A stretch of 57,137 nucleotides of DNA from Burkholderiales bacterium (GCA_046313915.1 JBKBXX010000005.1:1-57137); one strand, 5' to 3'. Positions 10,739 through 23,037 are shown, numbered from the stretch's first letter. Numbers and translations: made by a program. The notes: a model not told the origin generated them from the sequence alone.

Positions 10739-12325
10739 TCAAACCGTTTCGCCGACCATCAGCATGACCACGATCAGCGAGCCGACCGCCTTGATCACGC
10801 CGACGATGCTGCCGATCACCAGCGGCTGGCCGCCGGCCTGTCTGATCGAGGCCATCGTGATCTGCATTCCCAGACCCACCAGCCCGAAAGTGAAAAACCA
10901 GGCGATCAGATCGCGGAACATCGCGATCTTGGGTGCAGTATGGCGCACCGCGCGGTGGGCCTTGTTCAGCACGGCGTTGCCTTCCTTCGACATGATCTTG
11001 GCGTTGATGATGCCGCGCAAGGTGGCGTCATCCTCCTCGGACATGACCTTCTTGTTGTCGATCAGCCGCTGCAATGCCGCTTTCTGGTCATCGCGCTTGA
11101 CCTTTTCGGCTTCTTTTTTCAGCGTCTCGACTTCGGCATCCTTGAGGTAGTTATTGATTTCCTTGCCGCTGCGGTCTTTCTTGATCAGGGCTTTGTCGCT
11201 GTTGTCGAAATATGCGCCCTGGTAATGCCGCGCCGGGGCGAAAATGCCGGTCGATGACAGCAGGAACATCAGGATGAAACCCAGCACGAACAGCGGAAAC
11301 TTGCTCACGATGACGTGGGCCACGTCGACCTGCTGGGCGCCGACTTCGCGCTTCACGTACCACAGGGCGAGCCACAGCACGATGATCGGCAGAAACAGCA
11401 CGCGGGTGATGTTGAATATCTCGGCGACTTTGAGCGTCTCGATGCCGTCGGGCTGGAAGGCGAGCGCCGCGCCTGCGACCTGGGCGGAGTTGAGGATGCC
11501 GGTGCCGGCCCAGGCGCCGAACTGCACATGGCCCATGCCCAGGATCTTGCCGATGATCGGGAACGCGAACATGCATACCACACCGAACAGCAGCACGGTG
11601 CCTATGGTATAGGCAATCTCTATCGATTTGGCCTGCACGACCGGCGCCGCCGCGACCGAGGCCGACACGCCGCACACCCCGATGCCCGCCGACATGACGC
11701 CGGTCATGGAATTGGGCAGGTTGCGTCTGGCGCCTATCCACAGCACCAGACCAGCCGACCCCAGCACGAATATGCCGATCAGCACGATCGACAGTTTTCC
11801 GAGTTGCGCGAGCTCGGCGAAACTGTAGAGCGTTCCCAGCAGAATGACACCGGTTTTCAGGCCGAGCCGCGACAGCCGCACGCCGTTCTGTGCCCAGCCC
11901 GGGACCTTGAAGACGTTGACGATGACGATGCCGGCAATGATGCCCATCACCACGTAATTGAGGTTGAGTATGCTGGCGAAATTGAAGCCGAGCGCGGGCT
12001 GCGCCTCGCGGCCCCATTTGGCCATCAGCGGATCGAGGCCCCATTTGACAATGAAGGCGATCAGCATGATGAAGGTCAGGCCGGCGACGGTGGAAAGATA
12101 ATAGTCCGTCTGGCCTTCTCTGGGGGTGGCAAACACCTGCCACAACCCGATCAGGATCGCCAGTGCGCCGAAAGCGTATCCCAGGGTTTGCATTTCGCCG
12201 GCGTGACGGCCGGTGTTGAGGAACTTGATGACCGGTTCCATCATGCCGTTTTGCACCAGAAAGGCATAGGCGACCATGATGATGCCCATGACCAGCGTCC
12301 ACGGCGTTTTTTGGGTATAGACCAT
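10739..12325 (-). CDS. YeiH / putative sulfate exporter (PSE) family membrane protein
   Basis: GLKTGVILLG, GIGVCGVSASVAAAP, FGAWAGTGI...QV, GLVGLGM motifs; many TM helices; GGAGG upstream of ATG 12325. Confidence 0.85.
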   Translation of the reverse strand: MVYTQKTPWTLVMGIIMVAYAFLVQNGMMEPVIKFLNTGRHAGEMQTLGYAFGALAILIGLWQVFATPREGQTDYYLSTVAGLTFIMLIAFIVKWGLDPLMAKWGREAQPALGFNFASILNLNYVVMGIIAGIVIVNVFKVPGWAQNGVRLSRLGLKTGVILLGTLYSFAELAQLGKLSIVLIGIFVLGSAGLVLWIGARRNLPNSMTGVMSAGIGVCGVSASVAAAPVVQAKSIEIAYTIGTVLLFGVVCMFAFPIIGKILGMGHVQFGAWAGTGILNSAQVAGAALAFQPDGIETLKVAEIFNITRVLFLPIIVLWLALWYVKREVGAQQVDVAHVIVSKFPLFVLGFILMFLLSSTGIFAPARHYQGAYFDNSDKALIKKDRSGKEINNYLKDAEVETLKKEAEKVKRDDQKAALQRLIDNKKVMSEEDDATLRGIINAKIMSKEGNAVLNKAHRAVRHTAPKIAMFRDLIAWFFTFGLVGLGMQITMASIRQAGGQPLVIGSIVGVIKAVGSLIVVMLMVGETV

Positions 12326-12524
12326 TCCTCCATCCTCCATTTTCGCGCAACATTGTCGGATTGTTGCTGCCAGACCCCCGGCACTGCCGGCCCCGCCCGT
12401 CGTTTTCTGTTCTTTGCTTTTATTTTGTGCGCGTCTTGTGGATCTGCGCGCTACGGGAATCCGCGGTTGTATTCCTGCGAATCGTGAAACGGTTTTTTTA
12501 TGACATCCGCGTGTGAGCCCGGAT

Positions 12525-12553
12525 AGTTTTGTGGGATGGCGGGCCAAAGTCAA
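12525..12553 (-). promoter_or_regulatory. Candidate sigma70 promoter of the exporter operon
   Basis: TTGACT-17 bp-AAAACT on the minus strand, about 200 nt upstream of the start. Confidence 0.4.
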
Positions 12554-12759
12554 GCGTTTTATTGCCCGCAGGCGGCAGGCCAATGGATGTTCGCTTCATA
12601 AATTTATTCAATGCATTTATTCGATTATTTGATCATCGGGACTCCGGCCATGGCGGGCCGTTGTATTCAGGCAGTTGCAGGAAATCCGGAGGGGGCGGCG
12701 GCTGGTCGTGACACGGGAAAACGGTTTCGCGCCCATCCCTGCGGCAAAGGCGGCCACGG

Positions 12760-13431
12760 TCATGCCGGCGTGGCGACGAGCGACGGCAGGTCGGCGAGCT
12801 TGTCCACAACGACATCGGGCAGGGAGCCCAGAACATCGGGCCGATTGCCGCGACGGTTGATCCAGAAAACCGAAAAGCCGAACGATTTCGCGCCTGCCGC
12901 ATCCCAGTAGTTCGCCGACACGAATCCGATATCCGCTTGGGCGACGCCGAGCCGCTCGACCGCGAGCCGGTAGGCGCGCGGATCGGGTTTGTAGACGCGG
13001 ATTTCGTCGACGCTCAATATCGCGTCGAGATGGGGTGCGAGATGCGCGTTTTCCACTGCGGCGTTAAGCATGGACGGAGAACCGTTCGAAAGAATGGCCC
13101 GTTTGCAGTGCGCAAGCTGCTGCAGGGTCTCGATCGCGTCGGGGAATGGCGCGAGGCGGTCGTAGGCGTCCATCAGCCGTAGAACATGGGGAGACTCAAG
13201 TTTCAGATCGAGCGCGCTGCATGCGTGGCGCAGGGCGTCGGCGGTGATCTGGGCGAAATCCTCGTAACGCCCCATCAGGCTCCTGAGCCAGGTATATTCG
13301 AGCTGCTTGGCGCGCCACAACCGTGAAAGCGCTGCACCCTGTCCGGGAAACAGTTTTTCGCACGAGCCGGCAACGGAGTTTACGTCGAGCAGCGTGCCGT
13401 AAGCATCGAAAACCAGTGCGGTGCATTTCAT
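12760..13431 (-). CDS. Haloacid dehalogenase type II (HAD superfamily)
   Basis: FDAYGTL, WRAKQLEYTW, ILSNG, YKPDP, FVSANYWDAAGA. Confidence 0.9.
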   Translation of the reverse strand: MKCTALVFDAYGTLLDVNSVAGSCEKLFPGQGAALSRLWRAKQLEYTWLRSLMGRYEDFAQITADALRHACSALDLKLESPHVLRLMDAYDRLAPFPDAIETLQQLAHCKRAILSNGSPSMLNAAVENAHLAPHLDAILSVDEIRVYKPDPRAYRLAVERLGVAQADIGFVSANYWDAAGAKSFGFSVFWINRRGNRPDVLGSLPDVVVDKLADLPSLVATPA

Positions 13432-13476
13432 GCGATTTCCTTTCCGATGCGGTGGTTGCGGCGTTCGTTACCGGCC

Positions 13477-13920
13477 CTACTCGTAGAGTCCGGCGCGCGC
13501 CTTGCCGCGGAACACGCGGTACGAAAACACGGTATAACCGACGATGAACGGCAGCACGATGAGCGCGCCGGTGAGCACCGCCTCAAGCGACGAGGGATGC
13601 GCGGCCGCGTCCCAGATCGTGAGCCGGTCCATGACGACGTACGGAAACAGGCTGTAGGCGAGCCCGAGAAAGGCGAGCGCCGAGCCGGTTGGTGCCAAAT
13701 CCACACCCATCGCAAAAGTAAGCGCGAAGATTTTGACCCGGCGCTTGGAGGTGACAAGCCAGGTGCTATCGCCGCTGCAGGCATGGCGGGCGCGGAAGTA
13801 GACCAGGAACCGGGCGAGCGCGATGATGATGCCCGGCAACAGGATGTGGAAAGCGATGTCGAGTCCGAACTGGGCGCGGGCGAGCAACAAGGCGCTGCCG
13901 ATTTCGTTGCCGAATTCCAT
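13477..13920 (-). pseudogene. In-frame fusion of a cytochrome bd subunit I N-terminus with a subunit II C-terminus (cydA'-'cydB remnant)
   Basis: Residues 1-73 (LARAQFG..AFHILLP...KIFALTFAMGV) match the CydA start. The remainder (GLAYSLFPY...LTIWDAAA..SL...YTVFSYRVFRGK) matches the CydB end. Confidence 0.78.
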
Positions 13921-14131
13921 GGCTCCTATTTAAAGCCGTCGTCTGGCCCGATGCAACTTTTCGGGGGACACCGTGCGGCGGAAGTGGTTCCCCCGGAACG
14001 GTCGCCGTGGTGCGCCATGGCCCCGGCGACCATGAAGACCACTGGGACCGGCCATTCCGGGTCGCCGGGCGCGGAATTTGCCGGGCCATGGCCGCGCGAG
14101 GGGCGATGCAGACCCGATTTTGCCCCTGATG

Positions 14132-14159
14132 CTTGAAATTGCGGGCCAATCCCCCATTA
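14132..14159 (+). promoter_or_regulatory. RpoH (sigma32) heat-shock promoter of clpB
   Basis: CTTGAA-14 bp-CCCCATTA about 40 nt upstream of clpB. Confidence 0.8.
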
Positions 14160-14196
14160 TGACCGGTATCACCGATCAATAACGACGGGTTTGCCC

Positions 14197-16785
<2,589 letters not shown>

Positions 16786-16803
16786 CGGTGCGGCGCCCGG
16801 TTT

Positions 16804-17925
16804 TTACAGGCGCAGCGGACGCCAGTAGCCGGTGAGCTCCAGATAGCCGCGGCCGGCGAGGCGGCCGTTGTGCAGCGCGCGTACCGCGCCTTCCCAGTAA
16901 ATGGTGCCGCTCGATTTGCGGGCGTCGTTTTCCTGGTCGTCGAAAAGCGGCTCGATCACGAACTCGCGATCGCCCGCTTTCAGCAGCAGCGATACCGGGT
17001 AGGTTGCACCGCTGCGCGCCGATGTCCAGCGGCGGCGGGGGACGAAACGCACTTCTTCGGGCGCGAATACCTGCAGATGGCCATCGGGCTCACGCAGTGC
17101 GCCGCCGGCCCAGAAATGCCCGCCTTGCCGGTCGCGCATGCGAAATGCCATGAGCGCACCGCCGTCTTCGAGATTGATGCCGGTCCAGTCCCAGCCCGCG
17201 GCGCTTTCTTCGAGGTAGTGCGACGACCACTCGTGGTCCATCCACGCGGTTCCTGTTACTTGCTGTCGGGTGCCGCCGCGAACCAGCGTGCCGCTCGTCT
17301 TGAGCTGGGGGATGCTGTAGTAGTAGCTCGCCGACTCCGGGGCCGGTCCTTTGCGGCTGAAGCCGTTTTTTCCCTGCAATAATGGCGGCTGAGTCGCTTC
17401 AAACGCGAGCTCGGCGAGAAATGTCCGTGCCGCTATGCGCGCACGATAGGCCGTGGGTTCGCGCTCCAGCCGCCAGTCGTCGATCCAGACCTTGAGCCGT
17501 TCTCGTTCGGCGCCAGCGAGCGTGAAGCCGGCGCGTGCCACGCGCTGATCGTGTTCGAGCCTGCCCAGCGCCGGGTCGCTGAGCGCCGCGTGCGCGATCA
17601 CGAGTTGCCGTGGCGCAAAGCTGCTCGGGTTGTCGCCGGCGGTTTCGGGGCGGGTGCGGAAAAAAGTGATCTGGAAGCCGAGCGGTTTTCCTGCGGGGGT
17701 GTCGAGCCAGCCGGTCACGTACCACCATTCGGTGCGGAAATCGGGGTGGCTGCCTTCGTCATGCGGGAAGCGCAAGGGGTAGCCCGGCACTACGGGCGCG
17801 AACTGCGTGAGTCGCGAGGCGTGAGCCGTAAGCTGTCCCCAGGCCCGCGGCGCAGCCAGCAGGGCCGTCAGCCATGCCAGCGTGCGCCGTCTGTGGAATA
17901 CGGGTTTTGTCTTTTCACCCTTCAC
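16804..17925 (-). CDS. AttH-like lipocalin/CrtC-fold secreted protein
   Basis: HPDFRTEWWY.TG, YYYS.P, WMDHEWS, GWDW, YWEG, GYLELTGY; RRR plus hydrophobic N-terminus. Confidence 0.82.
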   Translation of the reverse strand: MKGEKTKPVFHRRRTLAWLTALLAAPRAWGQLTAHASRLTQFAPVVPGYPLRFPHDEGSHPDFRTEWWYVTGWLDTPAGKPLGFQITFFRTRPETAGDNPSSFAPRQLVIAHAALSDPALGRLEHDQRVARAGFTLAGAERERLKVWIDDWRLEREPTAYRARIAARTFLAELAFEATQPPLLQGKNGFSRKGPAPESASYYYSIPQLKTSGTLVRGGTRQQVTGTAWMDHEWSSHYLEESAAGWDWTGINLEDGGALMAFRMRDRQGGHFWAGGALREPDGHLQVFAPEEVRFVPRRRWTSARSGATYPVSLLLKAGDREFVIEPLFDDQENDARKSSGTIYWEGAVRALHNGRLAGRGYLELTGYWRPLRL

Positions 17926-17931
17926 CGAGAA

Positions 17932-20445
17932 TCACCAGTCTTCCCGCACGGCGCGCAACACGTCGTGGCCCATCGCGCTGCGGCCGCTTGCCACTGCGGT
18001 CGCGCTGGCGGCGGCGATCAGCATCGCGGCGAGGACGGCGAGCGGCAGCCACGGCAGGTAAAAATCCATGCTCCAGTGAAACGACTGACGGTTGATGACG
18101 TGGATCAGGATCAGGCTCACCAGCGAGCCCAGTGCAAGACCGAAACCCGTGCCGAGAGTGGCTACCGCGACGCCTTCGCAGCCCAGCATCGTGCCGATTT
18201 CGCGGCGGGTCATGCCGACATGGCGCAGCACGCCAAATTCACGTCGTCGCGCGAGCGCCTGGGCGCTGAAACCGGCGCTGATCCCGAAAAGACCGATCAG
18301 CACCGCCACGACTTCGAGTGCGTAGGTTACAGCAAAGGTGCGGTCGAAGGTGGCGAGCGAAGCGCGGCGTATGGCTTGGGTGTCGGCGATTTCGATGCCG
18401 GCGCCCAGACGTGCCCGCAATGCCGCTTGCACCTGCGGCAGGGAAGTGTCCGCGGCGAGCCATACTGCGGCGTCGTTGGCGAGCGGGTCGCCGCTCAGGC
18501 GCACATAGAATTCGCGGTCGATGACGATGGCGCCGGTCTGGCGCGCGTAATCGCGCCAGATTCCGGCCACGGTGAAAAGCACTTGCCGCCCGCCGATCGG
18601 CAACTGCACGTGATCGCCGGCGCGAAGTCCGAGCAGATCGCTCGCGATTTCCGAAACCCAGACCGGCGGCGGCTGATCAGGCCGGGGTGCGAGCACGGGT
18701 CCGGTCAGGGGCAGGACCTGCCCGGCCGTTTCCGCGTCGATGGGGCGCGCCAGCAGGGTGACGGGAGGGCGATCGGACCGCAGCAGCAGGTTCTGGCTGC
18801 GCACAAACCGGATTTCGGTGACGCCGGGCGTGGCGGTGATCCGGGCCTGTTCGTCGGGGGAGAAAAAGCCGGTTTCGCCGCCGTGCGCGGCGCGCAGGTA
18901 AAGATCGGCCGGCAGCATGTGCGTGAGCCAGGCGTCGAGCGAATGGCGGAACGAGCCGATCATGATCAGCATCGCGACCATCAGGCTGAAGCTGGTGACG
19001 ATGGCCCCGATGCTGATCGCGACCTGGCGCGGCGTCGCCTGCAGTTGCGCGATGCCGAGGATGGCCGCGGGCAGTCGCGGCACGGGCAGGCGCGCCATCG
19101 CGAGTGCTGCGAGCCGCGGCAGCACCGCGACGGCCCCCAGCATGATCAAGGCGATGGCAAGATATCCCGGCAGCGGCAGTCCCGCGATGGCCGGCGCCCG
19201 GGACAACGCGAGCCCGATCGCGATCGAAACCCCGCCGTACCAGGTGGCATGTCGCTTTTTATATGATTCTTCCTCATCACCCGATTTGAGCGCCGAGGCC
19301 GGCGCGCGTCTGCCGGCTTCGATTGCGGGGGCTGTGGCGCCAAGCACGCTGAAAGCGATCCCCAGCAGCCAGAAGCCCGCAAGCGCGCCGGGCGCGAGGT
19401 GCAGCGCCGGGGACAGGGCTTCGAAATAGCCGGCGCCGAGATCGCTGCCGAAATGTCTGAGCGCATAAGCGGCGAGGCCATAACCCAGGGCCACGCCCAG
19501 CGTCGAACCCGCCACACCGGTCAGCAGGCCTTCGGCGAGCAGCAGCCTCACCAGCATTCCGCGCGTGACGCCGATCACCCGCAACAGCGCGAACTGCGTG
19601 CGCCGGCGCAATGCCGAGAGCACCTGGGTCGAAAATACCAGGAAAGCCCCGGTGAAAAGCGCCACCAGCGCCAGCATGTCGAGATTGAGACGGTAGGCGC
19701 GGGATGCGCTGGCGCCGCGCTCGGATTCGAGCTCCGGCGTGGTCACGATCACGCCGGCGGGAAGCTGGCGGGCGAGTTCCCGCGCAAATGCTGCGGCGTC
19801 GACGCCGGCGCGCAGGCTCAGGTCGATGCGGTTGAGCCTGCCCAGCCGCGCGAGCCGCCACTGCGCGGAGCCGATGTCCATGACGCCGAGCCGCTGGCGG
19901 TACGCGCCCGGCGGCAGCAGCCCGATCACCTTCAGTTCCACGCTTGCAGTGCCAACGTAAATGCGCAGCGTATCGCCCGTCGTGACGCCCAGCCAGTCGG
20001 CGGCGGCGTGGCTCAGCAGCAAGGCGTCGGGGTGGAAAAGGTCGGCGAAATTTTCTTCCCTCTCCGCGAGCAGCGCCGGCTGCACCTGCGCTGCGCGAAA
20101 TGGATCGAGGCCGACGATTTTGAGGGTGGCGCGGTGTTTTGCTACCGCGACTTCGATTTCCAGTGCCGGGCTTGTCATCGCGACCTGCGGCAGGCGCGCA
20201 AGCTGCGGATAAAGGTCTTCGCTGAAACCGGCGCGTGGTCCGCGGACGACCAGATCGGCTTCACCGGTGAGGCTGCGCACGGCGGAGCCGAACTCGTCGA
20301 GAGCGCTGGCATTGACCAGATGGACTGCCACGCCCAGCGCCGTGCCCAGCGCGATGCCGAGCAGCGCGAGAGCAAAACGCCCGGCGTTGTCGCGCAACGC
20401 GCCTGCCGACACGGCGCTGAAAAGAAAGACGAGGCGGCTCCTCAT
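17932..20445 (-). CDS. FtsX/MacB-like ABC permease (AttF/G-like, duplicated architecture)
   Basis: Two repeats of TM, periplasmic domain and RRxxFxxLRxxG motif; ATGA overlap with the ATPase. Confidence 0.85.
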   Translation of the reverse strand: MRSRLVFLFSAVSAGALRDNAGRFALALLGIALGTALGVAVHLVNASALDEFGSAVRSLTGEADLVVRGPRAGFSEDLYPQLARLPQVAMTSPALEIEVAVAKHRATLKIVGLDPFRAAQVQPALLAEREENFADLFHPDALLLSHAAADWLGVTTGDTLRIYVGTASVELKVIGLLPPGAYRQRLGVMDIGSAQWRLARLGRLNRIDLSLRAGVDAAAFARELARQLPAGVIVTTPELESERGASASRAYRLNLDMLALVALFTGAFLVFSTQVLSALRRRTQFALLRVIGVTRGMLVRLLLAEGLLTGVAGSTLGVALGYGLAAYALRHFGSDLGAGYFEALSPALHLAPGALAGFWLLGIAFSVLGATAPAIEAGRRAPASALKSGDEEESYKKRHATWYGGVSIAIGLALSRAPAIAGLPLPGYLAIALIMLGAVAVLPRLAALAMARLPVPRLPAAILGIAQLQATPRQVAISIGAIVTSFSLMVAMLIMIGSFRHSLDAWLTHMLPADLYLRAAHGGETGFFSPDEQARITATPGVTEIRFVRSQNLLLRSDRPPVTLLARPIDAETAGQVLPLTGPVLAPRPDQPPPVWVSEIASDLLGLRAGDHVQLPIGGRQVLFTVAGIWRDYARQTGAIVIDREFYVRLSGDPLANDAAVWLAADTSLPQVQAALRARLGAGIEIADTQAIRRASLATFDRTFAVTYALEVVAVLIGLFGISAGFSAQALARRREFGVLRHVGMTRREIGTMLGCEGVAVATLGTGFGLALGSLVSLILIHVINRQSFHWSMDFYLPWLPLAVLAAMLIAAASATAVASGRSAMGHDVLRAVREDW

Positions 20446-21116
20446 CGCGGTGCGCGTGGCAGCAGTCCGTCCGCGGTCAGGTCGTAGACGCGATCGGTGG
20501 TGGCGGCCGCGGTTGCCGAGTGGGTGACGAGGATGCCGGCGCCCGCGTTGCGCAGGATCTGTTCGCGCAGCACCCGCAGCACCAGATGCGCGCTGTCGGG
20601 GTCGAGATTGCCGGTCGGCTCGTCGGCCAGTAGCAGTTGCGGATGGTGAATCAGCGCCCGCGCAATCGCCACGCGCTGCATCTCGCCGCCCGACAGTTCG
20701 CGCGGATGGCTCGCGGCGAGCGCGGCGACGCCCACTGCATCGAGGGTCTGCCGCGCCCGCTGTGCGCGCAGTGCCGGATCGGCGCCGCATAAAATAAGCG
20801 GCAGCGCCGCGTTCTGTTCGACCGTGAGGTGGGGCAACAGATGGAAAGCCTGGAAGACGAAACCCATGCGCTCGCGCCGCAACAGTGTGCGCGCGTCGTC
20901 GTCCAGCGCGGTGAGCTCGGTGCCTTCGAGCATGATGCTGCCGCTGTCCGGCACGTCGAGGCCGGCGATCAGATTGAGCAGCGTGGATTTGCCCACTCCC
21001 GATTCGCCCATGATCGCAATATATTCGCCGCGGGCGAGATCGAGATTGATGTCGCGCAATACCGTGCGCCGCCGCGCGCCGGGATAGGATTTGTGCAGAT
21101 TGCGTATCGTCAGCAC
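20442..21116 (-). CDS. ABC ATPase (LolD/AttE-like)
   Basis: GESGVGKS, LSGGEMQRVAIARA, ADEPTGNLD. Confidence 0.9.
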   Translation of the reverse strand: MLTIRNLHKSYPGARRRTVLRDINLDLARGEYIAIMGESGVGKSTLLNLIAGLDVPDSGSIMLEGTELTALDDDARTLLRRERMGFVFQAFHLLPHLTVEQNAALPLILCGADPALRAQRARQTLDAVGVAALAASHPRELSGGEMQRVAIARALIHHPQLLLADEPTGNLDPDSAHLVLRVLREQILRNAGAGILVTHSATAAATTDRVYDLTADGLLPRAPR

Positions 21117-21285
21117 GGCTGGTCCGTCTCCATCTCGGCTCTTCCGGTCGCGCTCAGGCGTTCGATGCGAGGCGGCTTTGCGGGTGCCGGCGCGATGATG
21201 GCACGCGACGAAAGGGGGGGTTCCGGTGTAAAATCTAGTATCTCAGTTTTCGGCCGCATATTACGATCATCGAGGAGGAAATCCC

Positions 21286-22266
21286 ATGAAATTTTCCGTA
21301 TGCAAAAGCCTGTTGCGGGCAGCCGTCGCGGGTTTTGGTCTGGCCGTTTCTTGTGCTGCGCAGGCCCAAGGCTATCCTACCAAGCCGGTACGCGTCATCA
21401 TACCGTTTTCACCGGGCGGCGCCGCTGACGTGCCCGGCCGCATCCTGATGACCAGGCTGTCGGAAGCGTTCGGCCAGCAGTTCCTCGTCGACAACCGGCC
21501 GGGGGCGGGAAGCACCATAGGCGCCGAAATCGTTTCCAAGTCGCCCGCCGACGGCTATACGCTGCTGCTGATTTCCAATACTCACGTCATCAGTGCCGCG
21601 CTCTACAAGACGCTCAAATACGACGCCAGCGACGACTTCACGCCGATCGCGGAGTTTGGCGACGCGCCCAACGTCCTGGTCGTCCATCCTTCGCTCCCGG
21701 TGAAAACGGTGAAGGAACTGATCGCGCTCGCCAAAGCCAAGCCCGGCCAGATCGACTACGCTTCCTCGGGCAACGGCAGTTCCCAGCATCTGTTCATGGC
21801 CCTTTTTGCCAATATGGCCGGAATCAGCATGAATCACGTCCCGTACAAGGGCAGCGGCCAGGCGCGGGCAGATCTGCTCGGCGGGCAGATCATGGTCGGC
21901 ATGCCCGGCATTTCCAGCGTGGTGCAGAACATCAAGGAAGGCCGTTTGCGCGCGCTCGGCGTGACCGGTGCCAAGCGCTCGGCCGAGTTGCCCAATGTGC
22001 CGACGATAGCCGAAGCCGGCGTCAAGGGCTACGAGGCGAGTCTATGGCTCGGGCTGCTGGGACCCAAGGGGCTGCCCAAAGAGGTGGTGGCCAGGCTCAA
22101 CGACGAAATTGCCAGGCTGGCCCGGGACGCGGCTTTCCAGGAACAGTTGCGCAAGACCGGCACCGATGTCGTTTATCGCGGACCTGAGCAATGGGCTGCT
22201 TTCCTCAAGTCGGAACGCGCCAAGTGGGCCAAGGTGGTCAGGGATACCGGGGTGCAGGTCAATTGA
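21286..22266 (+). CDS. Bug/TctC tripartite tricarboxylate transporter substrate-binding protein
   Basis: YPTKPVRVIIPFSPGG, DNRPGAG, HVPYKG, VPTIAEAG; signal peptide. Confidence 0.92.
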   Translation: MKFSVCKSLLRAAVAGFGLAVSCAAQAQGYPTKPVRVIIPFSPGGAADVPGRILMTRLSEAFGQQFLVDNRPGAGSTIGAEIVSKSPADGYTLLLISNTHVISAALYKTLKYDASDDFTPIAEFGDAPNVLVVHPSLPVKTVKELIALAKAKPGQIDYASSGNGSSQHLFMALFANMAGISMNHVPYKGSGQARADLLGGQIMVGMPGISSVVQNIKEGRLRALGVTGAKRSAELPNVPTIAEAGVKGYEASLWLGLLGPKGLPKEVVARLNDEIARLARDAAFQEQLRKTGTDVVYRGPEQWAAFLKSERAKWAKVVRDTGVQVN

Positions 22267-22345
22267 CCGACCGGCTGTCTCGGGCGGAAGCGGAGCGACG
22301 CCGCCAGTGCCCGCATCGCGTTGCGGGTGCGGCGGCCGATCTTAC

Positions 22346-22361
22346 TGGAATGATTGTTCTA
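22346..22361. promoter_or_regulatory. Degenerate TetR operator upstream of the tetR-family gene
   Basis: TGGAATGATTGTTCTA matches the palindrome at 23038 at 13 of 16 positions. Confidence 0.55.
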
Positions 22362-22395
22362 TAACCGTTTTTTTTGTAATCCGCTGCCATCCCAT

Positions 22396-23019
22396 ATGCC
22401 GCGGCCGCGAACCTACGACAGCGCGCAACTGCTCGAAACCGCCATGGAGGCGTTCTGGGCGAAAGGGTACGAGCGCACTTCGATCGACGATCTGGTGCGC
22501 CATACCGGCGTCAACCGTGCGAGCCTCTACTGCGCCTATCCCGACAAGCGGGCGCTGTTTGTGGCGGGAATCCGGCATTACCTCGAAACCGTGACCGAGG
22601 ACAACATCCGCCGCCTGCGCAGCGGACGGCCGGCGGCGCGCGCGGTGCGGCAATTCTTCACTACATTGATCGAAGCGCCTGCGCAACGGGCGCGAAAAGG
22701 CTGTCTGCTGACCAATTCTGCCGTCGAGTTCGGCGTTTCCGACGAGGAAGTGCGGCGGCTGATCCGGGCTGCATTGCGCCGCGTGGAGCAGGCGCTGCGC
22801 GAGCGGCTCGAGGAGGCGCGGGCGGAAGGCGATCTTGCCGGCGATGTCGAACCGCGGGCGCTGGCGCGTCTGCTGGTGACTTTGCTGCAAGGGGTGCGCG
22901 TGATGCTGAAAAGCGGCGTGGAGCGTGCCATCGTGCGTGATGCGCTGCTCACGGCGCTGAAGCCGCTCGGGACATCGCGGCGCATCCGGGAGGATTCCGG
23001 CCACCGGGGAAAAGGATGA
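22396..23019 (+). CDS. TetR/AcrR family regulator (ComR/NemR-like)
   Basis: MPRPRTYD...FWAKGYERTSIDDL..TGVNRASLY; GCLLTNS C-terminal motif. Confidence 0.9.
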   Translation: MPRPRTYDSAQLLETAMEAFWAKGYERTSIDDLVRHTGVNRASLYCAYPDKRALFVAGIRHYLETVTEDNIRRLRSGRPAARAVRQFFTTLIEAPAQRARKGCLLTNSAVEFGVSDEEVRRLIRAALRRVEQALRERLEEARAEGDLAGDVEPRALARLLVTLLQGVRVMLKSGVERAIVRDALLTALKPLGTSRRIREDSGHRGKG

Positions 23020-23037
23020 AAATTTTTTTGATGATCA

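Noticed and set aside
13930-14125. Possible further gene remnant upstream of the cyd fusion
   Set aside because: No frame gave a motif I could identify with confidence.
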